From: Prasinococcaceae sp. CCMP 1430
Taxonomy: Eukaryota > Plantae > Prasinodermophyta
Assembly: GCA_013416795.1 (NCBI GenBank)
Contig: RQSC01000053.1
Span: forward strand, 60,223-65,806
Length of the DNA: 5,584 nt
Direction of reading: 5' to 3'
A model generated the notes under the pieces. It was not told the DNA's origin. It saw only the letters and a list, made by a program, of their open reading frames with translations, and ran no database searches. This document shows positions 5,039-5,584 of the stretch, one piece after another. Each line of letters opens with the position of its first letter. The stretch's first letter is position 1. The translations under genes were made by a program, and so were the position numbers.

Positions 5039-5584
5039 TCACGCGATGGGGACCCTGACGGGCGCGGGCTCCTCCTTGGCCTTGGGCGCGGGGATGGTGA
5101 CGGTCAGAACACCGTGCTCCTGCTCCGCCTTGATCGCGGAGGCGTCGATGCCCTCGGGCAGCGTCCACGAGCGCTGCACGCGCACGTGCGGCGAGGGGAG
5201 CTCCGCGTCTTCGTCCGCGTCCGCGTCTTGGTGTTCGTCCATGGCGTGGTCTTCGTCGGCGTTGTCGTTCTTGGCTTGGGCGTCCACCTGGACGTAGGCG
5301 TCGTCGGCCTCCGCCTTCTGCTTGCCCTTGTCAGTCGCCTTCTCACCGCCCTTCGCCTCGTCGGCCAGCCCGTGCTCGGCGGTGATGGTGAGCAGATCCT
5401 CCCTCACCTCCACGGCGGTCTCTTCCTTGGTGAAGCCGGGGAGCTCCACCCTCAGGACGTGCCCTCCGGCAGCGTGCGGGTCGGGGCGCACGTCCACGCG
5501 TCCGATGCGCGGCGTGAACGCGTGCGCCCGCCGCGTGCTGGCATGCGGGCCGCAGCGGCCGCGGCCGCGGCCGTGGCCGCGGCT
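5039..5584 (-). CDS. Small heat-shock protein (HSP20/alpha-crystallin domain), 5'-partial; frame open to the right edge
   Basis: FTPRIGRVDV...VLRVELPGFTKEETAVEVREDLLTITAEH...VQRSWTLPEGIDASAIKAEQEHGVLTVTIP fits the alpha-crystallin fold (ELPG, R-x-x-x-LP, GVLTVTIP) and ends in an I/V-x-I/V tail (VRVPIA*). Stop TGA at 5039-5041. The ORF-track start at 5497 is a GTG; my manual translation stays stop-free with no ATG up to 5584. Confidence 0.9.
   Translation of the reverse strand, partial: SRGHGRGRGRCGPHASTRRAHAFTPRIGRVDVRPDPHAAGGHVLRVELPGFTKEETAVEVREDLLTITAEHGLADEAKGGEKATDKGKQKAEADDAYVQVDAQAKNDNADEDHAMDEHQDADADEDAELPSPHVRVQRSWTLPEGIDASAIKAEQEHGVLTVTIPAPKAKEEPAPVRVPIA
5555..5584 (-). repeat. Imperfect hexamer repeat (GCGGCC)n encoding an Arg-Gly tract upstream of the HSP20 domain
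   Basis: GCGGCC GCGGCC GCGGCC GTGGCC GCGGCT on +, read as SRGHGRGRGR on -. Confidence 0.7.

Noticed and set aside
4944-5346. + strand and alternate-frame ORFs over HSP20
   Set aside because: Shadow frames of the HSP20 coding sequence.

Overview
Very GC-rich, gene-dense eukaryotic DNA with GT-AG introns; probably an alga or other protist, but the taxon cannot be fixed from this window. There are four protein-coding genes. (1) A PrimPol primase-polymerase on + (<2..2026, open at the left edge) with intact AEP motifs and a UL52-type zinc finger. (2) A convergent, largely disordered protein on - (2147..3499, possibly longer) ending in RFGLSKNARVKPLHP, nearly identical to the RAD51-binding tail of vertebrate RAD51AP1. 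(3) A spliced Rab28 GTPase on + (3657..4836, four visible exons, CaaX end) whose first, P-loop-encoding exon I cannot find in the window. (4) A small heat-shock protein on - (5039..>5584) with a long acidic insertion. The most interesting signals are the RAD51AP1-like protein next to PrimPol and the 3500-3660 zone, where an orphan Rab28 splice acceptor abuts the 5' end of the divergent gene with no promoter space. Comparisons with human proteins are from memory and need database confirmation.
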